Notes: a model not told the origin generated them from the sequence alone. Counted from the first letter of the stretch, positions 25,273 through 39,185 are shown. The stretch: 64,000 bases of DNA from Nemertoderma westbladi (GCA_032718475.1 JAUCBJ010000701.1:1-64000); one strand, 5' to 3'. Numbers and translations are program-made.

Positions 25273-28200
25273 TGTAATGCTCCATGTGCTCTGTAGGATG
25301 TCTGCAGAGCACACAGGACACCACGTCCATATCATACCATAGGTTTGTACGCTATAGCCGTCATTTAAACCGGACCGCCTAGGTTTTAATAATTTACAGT
25401 GATTATCAGAAAATAACAGCCGCAATTGAATCTCCACTTGGCGGTGTGGTGGTAATGAATGCAAGGGCGGGTAGGGGCTGTGTGGAGTTTAATTCTGAGT
25501 TACGCAATGTCATGTAATTCGTACTAATTTACAGTTACCTTATTCAATAAGTATTTTAATTGGCAGTAATATTGAGCAATTTGTTATAGTATACATGTAT
25601 TTTGGTGAAGGGCGTTTCTTGGCTCTTACTCAGTGCAGTACCAGCTGTTCAGCTTAACAAACTGGGTTGTGTTTAAAGTTATATTCTACATTATAAATTA
25701 TATTACAATGAATCGAGATTTAGAGTGAATTAGACTAAAACAATTTATTTTTCCAATACAAGTTTGGGTTCCAAGAAGAAATCCATTACATTTGGCGCCC
25801 GATAAAAAAAACTCTTACCATGTATTTGTGTTAAATTAATTATTGCGTACTATACGCACAACAAACAATGGCGGATGCTGAGGAGTTATCCCGAAAAATT
25901 ACGCTCAAGAGGCGGCGTTCGAGCCACAGCAACAATCGCACTTAAAGACTCTGACGATATGGAGTCTTTCAATATCGGGAGAAAAATGTCTCAGGTGTCA
26001 ATCTTACAGGGCTATGTCAATCGCTTAGACGAAATGGACATTGCAATTTGGGCAATTATGGACGAAGAAGACGCGACATACAACAATCAATGACGTACAA
26101 GGTTAAACTCACAAACGCAATAACTCAGTTACAACTGTCATTATCAGAAACAACTTTATCAGAAACTAGAGTAGAACAAGATACCGGTGGTGCTGCAATT
26201 GAATTACCCTCTCATAGAAGTAGTTTTTATGCTAATAGTAGTAATTATGCTAGATCTGTGTTACCTAAATTAGCCCCTCCAAAATTTTCTGTAAATTTAT
26301 TAGAATATTGCGGGTGGCGAGATTCTTTTCGCTCCGCAATTCATGATTCTGGATTACCAGACGTATTAAAACTACAACATTTAATACAAAGTTTAATTGG
26401 TGAAGCGAAAGAAGTAGTAGCAGGCGGGACTTTCAATATTGTCTGAAAATTATAAGGTAGCAATGGATTTATTACAAGATAGGTACGGTTGTACGGTACG
26501 GTAGTACGGTGAAGGTCGTATCATACAAGCACACATCAATAAACTGAGGAACATTAATCACATATTTAATGGTAGGAAGTATACATTAAGGCAGGTGTAC
26601 GATACTTGCCAATCACAAATACAAGCTTTGGAAGCATTAAACACAAAACCAGAGTCATATCAAATTACGGTTATCCCTGATATTATGGGTATATTACCTT
26701 TCGAATTCGGTGCAAAACTTTTAGCAAAACAAAATAATCATATAGATGACTTGTTATGGTTAATGGAGCAAATTGGGTTACAGTGCAGAGGCAATTACCG
26801 AATTCGTAAACACAAATACAAATAAATCAAATACTCAAGGTGCACAAAAACAATTTAAACCGCAAGGTGGCGACAAGGCAACAGCAGCAGCTTTAGCAAT
26901 AGGTGTAAAAGTCCCAGAACACCAACAAAGAGGGCCAAGTCACAAAAGTTCTAACCAATCCACATCTACATCCCAAAAACATTATCAAACTCAAGCAACA
27001 CCTAAACCGAACGCATTTTGTCCGAAATGTGTATATTGCGGTCAATTACAGTTTTCAACTGACTGCCAACTTATCAAGGGAGTTTCGCAAAGAAAAATTG
27101 CACTCGATGAAAAGAATTTGTGCTACAATTGTCTACTTCCCGGACATCAAGCAAAGGATTGCACACGTAGAAAGCCGTGCTACACCTGCAAAAAATTAGG
27201 CCATCATAACTCAATTTGTTTTCGTTTGCAACACAATACAAATGCAGGAGCATTTAAATCAAATACAACACACAACATGTTAGCTACAATGGCTCAAACG
27301 CCTTACCAATCAAACGATGAACTCTGCAGAGAGGAGCATAAAGATACTACAGCTATGTTATTACATATGTACAATACAACCGCCAGACCTTCAAATGCCT
27401 TACTTCAAACCGCGACTATTGACTGCCAAACAGACCACAATGGTATAAGCAAAACAAATACATTTTTCGATTTGGGGAGTCAAAAGTCATTTGTTATCAA
27501 CAAGTTTGTGAAGGATAACAACTTACCGATTATAGGAAAGGAAAGTATTAGTGTAAACGGATTTGGTGGTAAGGAAAGTGAATTTACATCTCTAAATGTA
27601 GCTCAAATTACCCTAGTTATGAAGGACAACTCGATATTTACAATGTCAGCATTGGTAGTAGACACAATTTGCAATCCAATACACAATAACATTCCGTTAG
27701 AAACATATGCAAAAATTCGAGTTTCATTTGAATCAATAGAATTAGCGAATTCTTCGTATAAACAATCAACACAAGAATGTGTGTTTCCGGTTCAACTCTT
27801 AGTTGGAAGTGATTTCTACTGGGAAATAGTAACTGGAAGATCAATTAGAGTCTCTAATACCGGCCTTGTTGCATTCGATTCTGGAGTAGGTTGGTTACTT
27901 TCAGGAAACACTGGACAATTACACAACAATGAAATTGCATTATGTGCAAATAACTCACAACAAGGTAATATGTGCATGCTTGTTTCAACTGTGGAGGTCG
28001 ATTCCTCTAACAATAGCAAGAACAACTCAACAGATGTACTAGCGACAATTTTAAAAGCATTTTGGTCTTTAGATAGTATGGGTATTTGTCCAAAAGAGTG
28101 CCATAGTGAGCGATCAGCAAATATAATAGGAACATATACATTAGAAGAAGGTATGTACTCAGTCAGTTTACCATGGAAGCTGAATCCCGATCAATTACAT

Positions 28201-30126
28201 GATCATTACAATATGTGTTTCAAGCAATTGTTATCATTAGTTAAACGGCTACAGAAATTAGGGCTTTTGGATCGCTATGACAAGGTAATTAAACAACATT
28301 ATGCGAAAGGGTACATAGAAAAGGTGACGGTTGGGGAAGTAGAACACAATAGTTCAGGAGTTCATTACATTCCACACCCGGTGGTGTAAGAGAAGAAAAG
28401 GAGTCAACAAAACTAAGAGTAGTTTATAATGCCTCAGCGTGAGTCAACCCCACTGATTTGTCATTAAATGATTGTCTCATTCGCGGTCCCAATCGCCTTC
28501 CAAATTTGGTTGGAAACCTTTATCGTTTTCGTCTAAATCGCATTGGACTAACCGCAGACGTGGAACAAGCCTTCATGCGCTGCAAAATTAATGAAACAGA
28601 TAGAGATTGTCTCCGTTTCCTTTGGGTCAGCAACATCAATGATAGTAAACCCTTGAAAATTCAAGCATATCGTTACACACGTGCAGCATTTGGGTTGACA
28701 TGCTCTTCGAACATTTTGTCAGAAATAATACAACACCATTTAGACATAGAATTAGAAGCAAATAAAAACCAATTTCAGGTGATAGAAAAATTAAGAGAGT
28801 TATATGTAGATGATTTGAATTCGGGAGCAGAAACAGTAGAATAAGGTATTCAATTTGTTATAAGCGAGACAAATTCTTGGCCGAGGTGGATTTAATCTCC
28901 GCAGAAGGATAACAAACTCAGACCATTTACAAGCACAGTTGCAGGACATATCAATTAGCTCAACAAAGGTTGACCAAACCAAGAATAAAACTGAAGTAAG
29001 AGAAGATGATGAAACATATGCAAAAGTGGCAATGAATCTTCTAAATCTTCAGACAGAAAAGGTATATATATGTTTATTTGTTTGCGCAATAGTTTGCGCC
29101 ATCCATTTAGAGTTAGTGTATGATTTAAGTCATCAATCATTCATAGCCGCATTCCACAGATTTATAGGTAGAAGAGGGACACCATCTCTAATCTTGTCGG
29201 ATAATGCTAAGACATTTAAAAAGTCATGGAAAGAAATCGAAGCAATACAAAAGGTCCAAAAATACAAAACAGTTATTGATGAGTTTGGCAAATTAGGCAT
29301 TGATTGGGAGTTCAATGTTCCTTTAAATCCTGCAGCTTATGGTTTCATCGAGCGTTTAGTAGGAACCATAAAAGGGTGTTTGAAGAAGGTTATCGGACGA
29401 AACATCTTGATGTATGAAAAATTGCAAACCTTCATGGTGTCCGTAGAAGCCTCAGTGAATAGTCGTCTGTTAACCTTTGTATCAGATGATAACAGTGACA
29501 ACTATCAGTGCTTAACTCCAGCACATTTCTTAGTAGGTCACAGGTTATGTGCTGCCCCTTACACAACAAAAAGGTTAAACAAAAGAAAACAAACTAATTA
29601 TAGCCTAACCACAAGATTGACGCGCCAAGAAGAAGCTGCTAATGTTTTTTGGCGTAGTTTCAATGAAGATTACATAATGGAGTTAAGAGAGCAACACAGA
29701 AAAGGAAATTTAGATCCCAAATCCCCAAGGATTCCGAAAAAGGGGGACATATGTCTATTGGTGGACAGACAGCTTCCACGATGCATGTGGAAATTATGTC
29801 CTGTGGAGGAGATGATAATTAGTAGAGATGGTAAATGCAGAGCAGTGAAAATTACAGTATGCGAGAGAAAGAAAGAATCTAGGTCCTTAACAAGGTCTGT
29901 GAAACAGATCATTCCATTGGAAATAACAGACGATGATGAATTAAAAAATATAAACCTAGAAAACAAAGACGCCGGTGAAGATGTCAAATCAACCAAGGAC
30001 ATCATACAACCACATGATAAAAATGTTATAAAGACAAATCAATCAGATAAACATAACATCGTTCATCCAAACCGTACACGTCTATATCTAACTCGAGCAG
30101 CAAAGGTTACTCAAATAAATAAATAA
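25273..30126 (+). mobile_element. Degraded BEL/Pao LTR retrotransposon (5' LTR, PBS, gag-pol with RNase H region deleted; 3' LTR not found)
   Basis: LTR ending CATTACA at 25790 (start at TGTAATG 25273 tentative); DUF1759-type gag LPKLAPPKF, three zinc knuckles, protease FDLGSQ, RT SLNDCL.GP/ADVEQAF/YVDD, integrase SDNA...ERLV, DUF5641 tail. Confidence 0.9.
25793..25802 (+). other. Primer-binding site, tRNA-Lys type
   Basis: TGGCGCCCGA two bases after the LTR-terminal CA. Confidence 0.7.
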
Positions 30127-30242
30127 AAGGTTTAAAAAAAAAAAAAATTCAAAAAAAGGTGTTGTTTAAAAATGCAAAATTTGTAAGAAAATTAACTAAT
30201 TACTTTCGTAGGAATCGGTGCTTGATATGTACAGTATATTTA

Positions 30243-32468
30243 GTATTATTATTATTATTGTTTATTTCAGGCTATACGGCCCATAGTAAAATATATATAT
30301 ATATACACTAACACAAATGATACAAGACATATTAGTAATATAATTAAATAGCACATATTATTATCCTAACTAAATATTCTACTGTATTGGTGACAGAAAT
30401 TAAATGTAGTACTTAAAATATCGTTATTGGATTTAGATACTCTTCTCTCGAGACTACCCAGAGACGCATGATGAATGTGTACGAACATTGGTAGGTTGAG
30501 CCGACCAAATGTCAATGACATGCTCGTCGGTTCATCATTAGTCATTCTAGGGACATTAAATAATAAACGAACATCATTGTTATATGCAACCGATAGCTTA
30601 TTAAACACTGCACCAGTATAATTACGCCGTGCCCACAATGCATTACAATACACTGGTGTTATGTAAGCTTTAAATAAGCACTTTTTAACATTATCTGAGC
30701 ATCTTCCAAATTTTCTAACGAGCATATTCGCCCTAGCGTATATCGAGCACGTCTGTGATTTAATATCAAAGTCATCATCCGTACTACAATGCAACCAGTG
30801 TCCTAGGTACTTGAATTTTTCTACTATGTCGATTGGTCTGTTATATAGATAGACCCTACCTACTTCCAAACCTTTGCAACATTGAGGCACATAATATAAA
30901 CATTTAGTCTTTACTGTATTAAACAAAATTGAATTAGCATTTGCAAAAGATACTGCCTTATTAATTAGTATTTGCAGGCCAATCATTGAGTTTGACAATA
31001 AGCACAAATCATCTGCGTACATGATATGGTTTATACGTAAACCTCCTAAACAACAACCTACACCCGTGTCAGTGAGTTGTTTACTTAAACCGTCAACGTA
31101 TACAATAAATAATGTCGGGCTTAATAAACCACCCTGGCGGGTACCGTTAGATACCGTAAACGTTGAGGATTTATTTCCATCCCAATTGACACACATTTGC
31201 TGCGTCCTATACCAAAAAGCTAACAACCGTACAATATATACCGGGAAACCTAACGCCAATAATTTCTTAAAAAGTTTAAAATGGTTTACTCTATCGAAGG
31301 CTTTGGAAGCATCTAACATACACACAAAAACCGGTGTGTCATTGGCAAGATAATAGTTGATTAATTCCTTCAATGTATATACACATGTTTCTGTACCTAG
31401 TCCCGGTTTAAACCCGAACTGATTACCTCTAGTCGCAATATAATTATGACACCTACTAAGTAAAATAATTTCTAGAATTTTACTGAGCACCGTTGACAAT
31501 GCGATACCTCGATAATTGTCCTTAGACGTTACATCACCAGTACGGTCCTTTAATAAAGGTATAATAATACTTAGCATTAAACTTTCAGGCATGTATCCAT
31601 GTATAAGAATTGAATTTACTAAGATACGTAATTTAGTTAATAAAGAATAACACAAACCATAATATAAATGCTCACTTACTAACAAATCAGGGCCATATGA
31701 TTTTCCTAAATTTAGGTTATTTATCGCGTCAAATAACTCTTCTAGAGATACTAGCTTAATATCAGAGACACGCACCTTAGAAAACTCGTGCACAACGAAT
31801 GATTTATCGTTGTCATCATTAACACAATTGAAGACAAAATGAAAATGTTTTTTCCACATTTCTGCAATTGCTTCTGCACCAGATTCACCTCCTACCACAT
31901 TAGGAGTAGGTGAACGAGTTTTAGTACATTTGTGTACTTCCGACCAAAAATTAGTCGTCCGTCCACTTCCAGTACTAAGCAATGACTCTGCAAGTTTGTC
32001 ATTTCTATGTTTATTTTTGTCCCTTTTGCACGAGCGCAAAACCCTTTTGAAGTTGGCCCTTGTGTGCAAATAAACAGCAAGCAATGGTCCCTGTTTTGGA
32101 GAACCAGCTGATTTCCAATTCAAAAACGCTTGCCTAGCTTTATTGTGCACCTCTTTAACTTGAGAATTCCACCCTGGAATATGGTTCCATTTATTATTCG
32201 TGTTGTTTTTATTAACTTTAAATGAACTATCACTTGCTGTTTTCAACCCCGTCGCAATCGTCTCATAAAGAGAGTCAATTGCTTCTTCGTGTTCACCGCA
32301 ATGTGGGTTGCAGCAGTTACTTAACAACTCCTCCGAGGTTGTACCCACACTAAGCAGTTGTTGTACTAAATTACAATAATTTTCTATCTGATACTTTTTT
32401 ACACTTTCCCAACATGGAGTATTATCCACTCCATGTTGGGAACATATATGGTATCCATACTTATCCAT
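30243..32468 (-). mobile_element. 5'-truncated LINE (RTEX/L2-like) with intact RT-domain ORF at 30366-32468
   Basis: 700-aa ORF with NYRGIAL, QFGFK, LDASKAFDRV, GTRQGGLLSP, YADD and FKYLG; 3' GCCTGAAATAAA plus (TAA)n tail. Confidence 0.9.
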
Positions 32469-33053
32469 ACTTATATGGGACTATGGGAGATTTCAGCTAG
32501 ATATTCTGATGCTATTGGTCTTAGGTATTATAATGGGTTTAACTTAACAGCATCAGAAGTAAATTCATTGTGGTATGAATGGAATTATGAAATTAGTAAC
32601 GAAGGTGTCTTTTCAGAGCTAGACACGAGCAATAAAGCTTTATCTAACCGACTTAAAGTAAAAATAAATGTACAAGAAAAAAAAGTAATTTTTACAGACA
32701 AGGAAAGCAAATATTTACAGTTACATTATGATAAAGACATACCACATATAGAGTTTCTCAATGATATGATGGAAAAGGTTTCATCAACTGATATAGCAGA
32801 CGGTTTCGCGATTTTATATCAACCAACTTGGAAGTTTAAGGTTAATAAGTCATTTCCAGAAACAGTTTCATCCATATTTAATCCAAAGACATACATCGAA
32901 GAGACATCGAGTGATAGAAAGCGCAGATCTACGTCTCAAACATCTTCCAATCCCAACAATGATTCTATACCTACAAAGAAAAGAAAAGTTACAAAAGCAA
33001 GTGAAGAGGTAGCAGATTACAATAAGGAACATATAAAAGCAGTATCAGATTGA
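32460..33053 (+). CDS. Polinton accessory ORF of unknown function, N-terminus cut by LINE insertion
   Basis: ~200-aa open frame with NLS-like KKRKV, abutting the LINE 5' end. Confidence 0.45.
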   Translation, partial: LIHTYMGLWEISARYSDAIGLRYYNGFNLTASEVNSLWYEWNYEISNEGVFSELDTSNKALSNRLKVKINVQEKKVIFTDKESKYLQLHYDKDIPHIEFLNDMMEKVSSTDIADGFAILYQPTWKFKVNKSFPETVSSIFNPKTYIEETSSDRKRRSTSQTSSNPNNDSIPTKKRKVTKASEEVADYNKEHIKAVSD

Positions 33054-33607
33054 TTTATTATTAACTAGAGACTTTTTTTTTCAGTTTCACACTGACTAGT
33101 AAAGGTAACTTTTTAACATAAAGCATAATTATTATAAAGTATTTGCATGTAAAGGTGACTTTATTGAGTAAATATTGGTGATAGTTTATATTTAATGTGA
33201 GCATGGGATTAGGTATAAAACATTCGCATGTAAATGCATGAGTTTACCTGATATTATAATAAAACATTAGCATGTAAAACCTACTTTATCAATGAAAATT
33301 AAAAACGCATTATGCACATCTTGGTTTAGACTTGATTTTATTATAAAGAATTCAGTTGTAAAAGCAACTTTATTTATGATATTAGTTTCCAATGTAACTG
33401 TTATTTATGATTGGTTGGTATAAGTAGAAACTTGAAATATATATAAAGAGCTCAACTGATTCAATCGAGCTCATTCTGAAAATATTAAATTAATTAAAGT
33501 TTAGATATTATATCTTATTTGTGTTGAGTAGCTTATGAATTTTTTTTTTGATTATATATATAACAATATTCATATTAATTTTAAATTATTTTTAGGATAA
33601 TAAAGAG

Positions 33608-36600
33608 ATGGATAAACAATTAAAATGTCCATTTTGTCCTCTTCAAATTTCTAAACGAAATTATTTAACTCACTTGAAATCACATTTTCAAGAATACAAT
33701 TGTTTTAATTGTCAAGTGAAATGTTCACGTGAAGAAATTTGCAAACGACATGAATCAACTACGGGTTGTAAAGAAATGAAGTTTTGCGTGTATGAAAAAA
33801 CTTCCCTACTTGTAATAAAGAGTATTTATATGAGAATTATTTACGTCACGACTGTCACCAACGTTATTATCATGTTAGACCACCACGACGGAACCAAAAC
33901 AATACTGTCGCATCTAGAAAAAGACTGAAATCTGGTCAAGGTCCATCAATTTTTAGCCTCGAACGAGCCGCACATGATAACCGTTTAGAAATCTATGTTT
34001 ACAATCTTCCGAATGATGAAGATTTTCCTGATATTCATTCATCGATACTAAAAATTCTGCCTCATATTGAAAAGTTATTATTAGGAAAACTTAGCGAAAT
34101 GAATGTACTTAGACCCTGGCTAGGTGTGAATATATTCATGTATCGATCACATTTTTCAGAGGGTGACCAAGAAGAAACTTTCTATTTTAGTTCTTCAGGT
34201 GGTGCAGTTAATACCGTAGATTCACATGAAAGTTTCTATATTTGGTTTGAGTATGTACTAGAAAAATTAATGCAAAAAATGGCCATGTTTAACACTCGTG
34301 GCTCAGGGTGGCGCGTTGAATCTTTATTAAGAGTGGAAATTAAAGTAGCTGAATCCAAGTCTAAGTCACTGGAATATAAAGGTCATGGTTATATGGAGTT
34401 ACCTAAGGCTCTATCGAGTAAACGATGTGTTATAAATATACAAACGACTGATAATGACTGTTTCAAATGGGCTATTATAGCCACAAAGTTTAGCAGGAAA
34501 GTGAAGATAAACAAAAACCGTACTTCGCAGTACACAGATTACATGAATCATTTTATTTTTGACAACGGGAACAAAGATTATCCAACAGAATGGCAGCTTG
34601 CAATTAAACTTTTTGAAAAACAGAATTCAGCATATATAATTAATTTATTACTCTACGACAACAATCGAGTATCTATATTAAGACAGGCACCATTTAGTAA
34701 AATCACTCCAGATAAAGAGTTATTGAATATATTACTTGTAAAAAATAAGAATACGAGTAAACAATCACATTATGTTTGCATAACTAACTTGAATCGTTTG
34801 ATGAATACAAGAGGTAAGCATATTAGATGTAGGAAATGTTGTGAACGGTATTTGTCTCATTTCTATAGCAAGGATGTTCTAGAATTTCACCGTCTTGCTT
34901 GTTATCGAGGAAAAAGTCAAGTTGAGAAGCTACCATCTGAAAAAAGAACTCACATTAGCTTTAGAAATTTAGACAGAACATTACCAGCATTGTTTGTAAT
35001 ATATTTTGACATAGAATCTATTTTGGAGCCAGCCAGCAACAGTAAATTTATTCAGAATCATATTCCATGCGCTGTAAGTTATTTAGTTGTCCCTAGTAGC
35101 GAATTAATCAATCCACCAAAATTTTATTTGAAGACCTTTACAAAAACAATCGACAACAACTGTATTCAAGACTTTTTAGACTCTGTATATAATGACATCA
35201 CCCAATTATATAAGTGGTCAGAAACTCACACGAGAGAGAAGATGATACTTAATGATGTAGATAAGTTAAGTTTTTGGAAAGCTAAAACTTGCTTTTATTG
35301 CAATGTTTTATTTAAGGATAAGTCTGAGAAAAACAAACATCACTCACATATTACTGGTAACTATATAGCAGCCGCTTGTAACGCATGTAACCGCTCTTTA
35401 TCGTTGAAACGACACATGTATATACTTACTGCACACAACTGCAATCACTACAATTTGCATTTTCTTTTACAAGTTGGGTTTACCAATAACAGATATTCTG
35501 ATTGGGATATAAAGGTGATCCCTAAAAATTCTGAAAGGTATATTTCACTAAGTATACATATACCGGTGAAAGATCAAAAAACAATAATCGAGCTACGTGT
35601 CTTAGACACATATCAATTTTTATCCTTTTCCCTAAGTACTTTAGTTGATTGTTCAACAAAGGATATAGACAGCGAGGATATAACATCAGTTCTACCAATT
35701 ACTGAACAGCAAATGAAATATTTTTATCCGAATTTAAATAATGCAACAATTAAACGAAAAGGTATATTTCCCTACGAGTATCTGACAGATTTAAATAAAT
35801 TCAATGATTCGAAATTACCATCAATAGACAAATTTTATAGTAAATTAACACAAAATACCTGTACACCCGAGGAATATAGTTTTGCCAACGCATCATGGAG
35901 TCAGTTTGACTGTTCAAATCTCAAGGATTATCTTTTAGCATACTTAAAACTCGATGTTTGTCTCCTCGCTGATATATTTGAGAACTTTAGGAGAGTATGT
36001 AGACAACACTATGAATTAGAAGTAGTTTATTATTGCAGTATCGCAGCTTTCACTTATGATTGCACCCTGAAATACAATAAATGTAAGTTAGCATTAATAA
36101 AAGATTACCAAACATATAGAGATTTTGAAGCATCTATTAGAGGAGGGATTTCATTCTGTCGAAAGCATTACATAGAATCAAATATACCAGATACTGATAA
36201 TTATGATCCAAGCAAGGAAGAGTGTCATATTTTCAATATAGATTTTAATTCCTTGTATTCGGGTAATTTAAGTAAAAAGCTACCTGTTTCAGGTTTTGAA
36301 CAACTCAACGTTACATATTTAGAGAATGCTGCTCCAGAAGAACTAATAAACTATTTAACAAATCTTGATACTGAAGGAGATATTGGGTTTTTCTTAATTT
36401 GCGATTTGAAATATCCCAAAGATATTCATGATCGTACATTAGAACTACCCTTAGCCCCAGAACATTTAAGTATAAATGAGACAATGCTTTCACCATATAT
36501 GAAAGATCAATTTAATAATGTATGTAAACAAAGAGGTACTAATAGTAAGTATAAGATGTGTGCACCATAACTTATGTTGACACAATTCGATAAAGAATTC

Positions 36601-37600
36601 TATCATGTAAATTTAAAACTGTTAAAATTTTATATAAAACAAGGTTTAATTGTTACTAAGCTCCATAAATTGTATTCTTTCCATCAAGACTTTGTATTTA
36701 AACCCTATATAGATTTTAATATTAATCAAAGACGACTAGCAAAAAGTTACATTGAAACAGCTGTCGCAAAGCTGCTTAATAACTCTTTATTCGGTAAGTC
36801 AATAGAGAGGATACGAGATCGCTGTAATTTCCGTATCGCGAATACCAAAGTAAAATGTGATCAATTGGTGAAACGTATAAATCACGAAAATTTCATGATT
36901 TATAACAATTCCTTATTGGGACACTTATTAGTGAAAGACAGCGTGACACTAGATAAACCAGTCTATGTAGGTAGTACTGTCTTGGATTTAGCGAAACTTG
37001 ATATGTATGAGCTGTACTACGATAAATTACTACATATTGAGAAAGAATTAAACTGCCGAATTGAAATTGTAGCATCAGATACAGACTCATTAATAGGTTG
37101 TTATTATAATACATCGCAGAGTAATTTCTTAAAAGCATTAATTAAAAATAATATTTTAGATACCTCTAATTACCCCAAGGATCACCCTCTCTACAGCGAT
37201 AAAAATAAATCCAGACTCTATTACTGTAAAGACGAGTTGTGCTCACGAGAGATTAAACAAGCAGTATTTTTACGTCCAAAGTTATATTCAATTTTGGAAT
37301 GGAATAACAAAAATGTTCGTAGAGCGAAAGGAATAACAAGAGCTGTTGTGGATAAAAAAATTTGCCACGAAGATTATTTAAGAGCATATAAGGATAACGA
37401 AGAAATTTCCAAGGAAACGCATCAATTTCAGAGTCAATTACACAAAGTGTACACTGTAGCACGAGATAAGTTTGTTCTCAGCGCATTTGTCGATAAACTT
37501 TATTGGGTTAATAAAAATCATTCACTTCCCTGGGGTCACTATCAAACAAAGGTTGTAAAACCAATTAAAAAAAAAATATACCTATTTATCGGGAGCCAAA
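33608..37600 (+). pseudogene. polB: Protein-primed family B DNA polymerase (pPolB) with N-terminal C2H2 finger and endonuclease VII-like insert; one frameshift (~33800) and one stop (36568-36570)
   Basis: GSGW, ExoI YFDIES, HSHITGNYIAAACNACN, RKGIFPYEY, RGGIS, DFNSLY, KLLNNSLFGK, SDTDS. Confidence 0.95.
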
Positions 37601-37602
37601 CA

Positions 37603-38145
37603 ATGAACTATCAGATAGTTAATAAGAATGTAAGTTGCCAGCAAGTGTCAGCGATTAATTTGAAAGAATTAAAAAATCAATTATCTGGCAAACACATACT
37701 CAAACCAAATCAGTTTATATATAAGATATTTGGTGCCATATTATTAATATTTAAAAATGGTCGTATTACATTATTAGGTAGTAAGTATAATTTCCAAAAA
37801 GTAAAAAAGCATGTATTTGATAAAACAAGTATTAATTTGATTTTAAAATCTATTAATTTATGTACTTATATTTTTAGAGTCTATAGGTTATTGATAAACA
37901 ATACCGGGTTTTATGTTGTCTTTGATAATGTACAACTTCAAGTTATATATGAACCTGAAATTTTTAATAATTGCAAAATAAGAATAAATAATACCGTAGT
38001 CATTTGCTGCTTTCATACCGGTAAATGTACTTTAATGTGTTCACCTAGCAAATTTCACATTTATTACCCTATATTTAGTAAACTGGTTAATTATTTATTA
38101 ATGTTTGGTGTTGTGACTTTAGGTGTAGAATATATTGGTAATTAG
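37603..38145 (+). CDS. TATA-binding-protein (TBP)-like protein, 180 aa, in frame with the pPolB C-terminus
   Basis: Two TBP-like repeats: YQIVNKNVSC..AINLKEL...LLIFKNGRITLLGSK and YEPEIF...CCFHTGKCTL; length matches the TBP core. Confidence 0.7.
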   Translation: MNYQIVNKNVSCQQVSAINLKELKNQLSGKHILKPNQFIYKIFGAILLIFKNGRITLLGSKYNFQKVKKHVFDKTSINLILKSINLCTYIFRVYRLLINNTGFYVVFDNVQLQVIYEPEIFNNCKIRINNTVVICCFHTGKCTLMCSPSKFHIYYPIFSKLVNYLLMFGVVTLGVEYIGN

Positions 38146-38285
38146 AAGGTGAAAATTAAACATTATTATTTTTCAATCGATCTATCGGTAGTTAGGGAAA
38201 ACTAACCTCGTTTGAATAAGCATGACTCTCACAGGCTGACTGCGTGCCTAGCTGACAGTAGCTGCGAGGCTGACTGCGTGACTAT

Positions 38286-39185
38286 CTGCGAGGTTGACTG
38301 CATCCCAGCAGCGTGGGTGACTGCGCACATATCTGATTGTAACTGGCTCACGATATTGTATACATTGGCTTAGTTTGTTACTGCAGGTACTGTTACATTA
38401 ATACTGTAGTACCAGTACTGCAGTACAATGCTAATAGAAGGAAATCAGTATGCTCTATCTGACTATACTGTTACAACAACAGTGAAAGTACTGCAGTACT
38501 GTATTGTTTGGGTAGGTGATCTAATCCCTGTATGTGAGACCCATGCGTGCAATCCAGGTCATGACTGCAGTATGCTAATCAAGGTTCGGGTAGACTGCAG
38601 TATCCTTATAGGTGAAAAAAAACAAATGCTATTGCATCAGATTACTGCTGTACTGATACCGGTAGACCGCGACTACAGTGTTGGAAGAGTAAAACACTAC
38701 CGGTACTGATAAAGTGGATGACAGTTGTGGATAGGGGCTGCGAGGTTGACTGCATCCCTGCAGGGTGGCTGACTGCACACACATCTGATTGTAACTGGCT
38801 CACGATATTGTATACATTGGCTTAGTTTGTTACTGCAGGTACTGTTACATTAATACTGTAGTACCGGTACTGCAGAACAATGCTAATAGAAGGAAATCAG
38901 TATGCTCTATCTGACTATACTGTTACAACAACAGTGAAAGTACTGCAGTACTGTATTGTTTGGCTAGGTGATCTAATCCCTACATGTGAGACCTATGCGT
39001 GCAATCCAGGTCATGACTGCAGTATGCTAATCAAGGTTCGGGTAGACTGCAGTATCCTTATAGGTGAAAAAAAACAAATACTATTGCATCAGATTAATGC
39101 TGTACTGATACCGGTAGACCGCGACTACAGTGTTGGAAGAGTAAAACACTACCGGTACTGATAAAGTGGATGACAGTTGTGGATA
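38286..39185. repeat. 452-bp tandem duplication inside the Polinton, rich in TACTGCAGTA-type palindromes
   Basis: Two near-identical units starting at 38286 and 38738. Confidence 0.9.

Noticed and set aside
38428-39161. Duplicated 93-aa ORFs
   Set aside because: They lie in a palindrome-rich tandem duplication and have no protein-like motifs; probably non-coding
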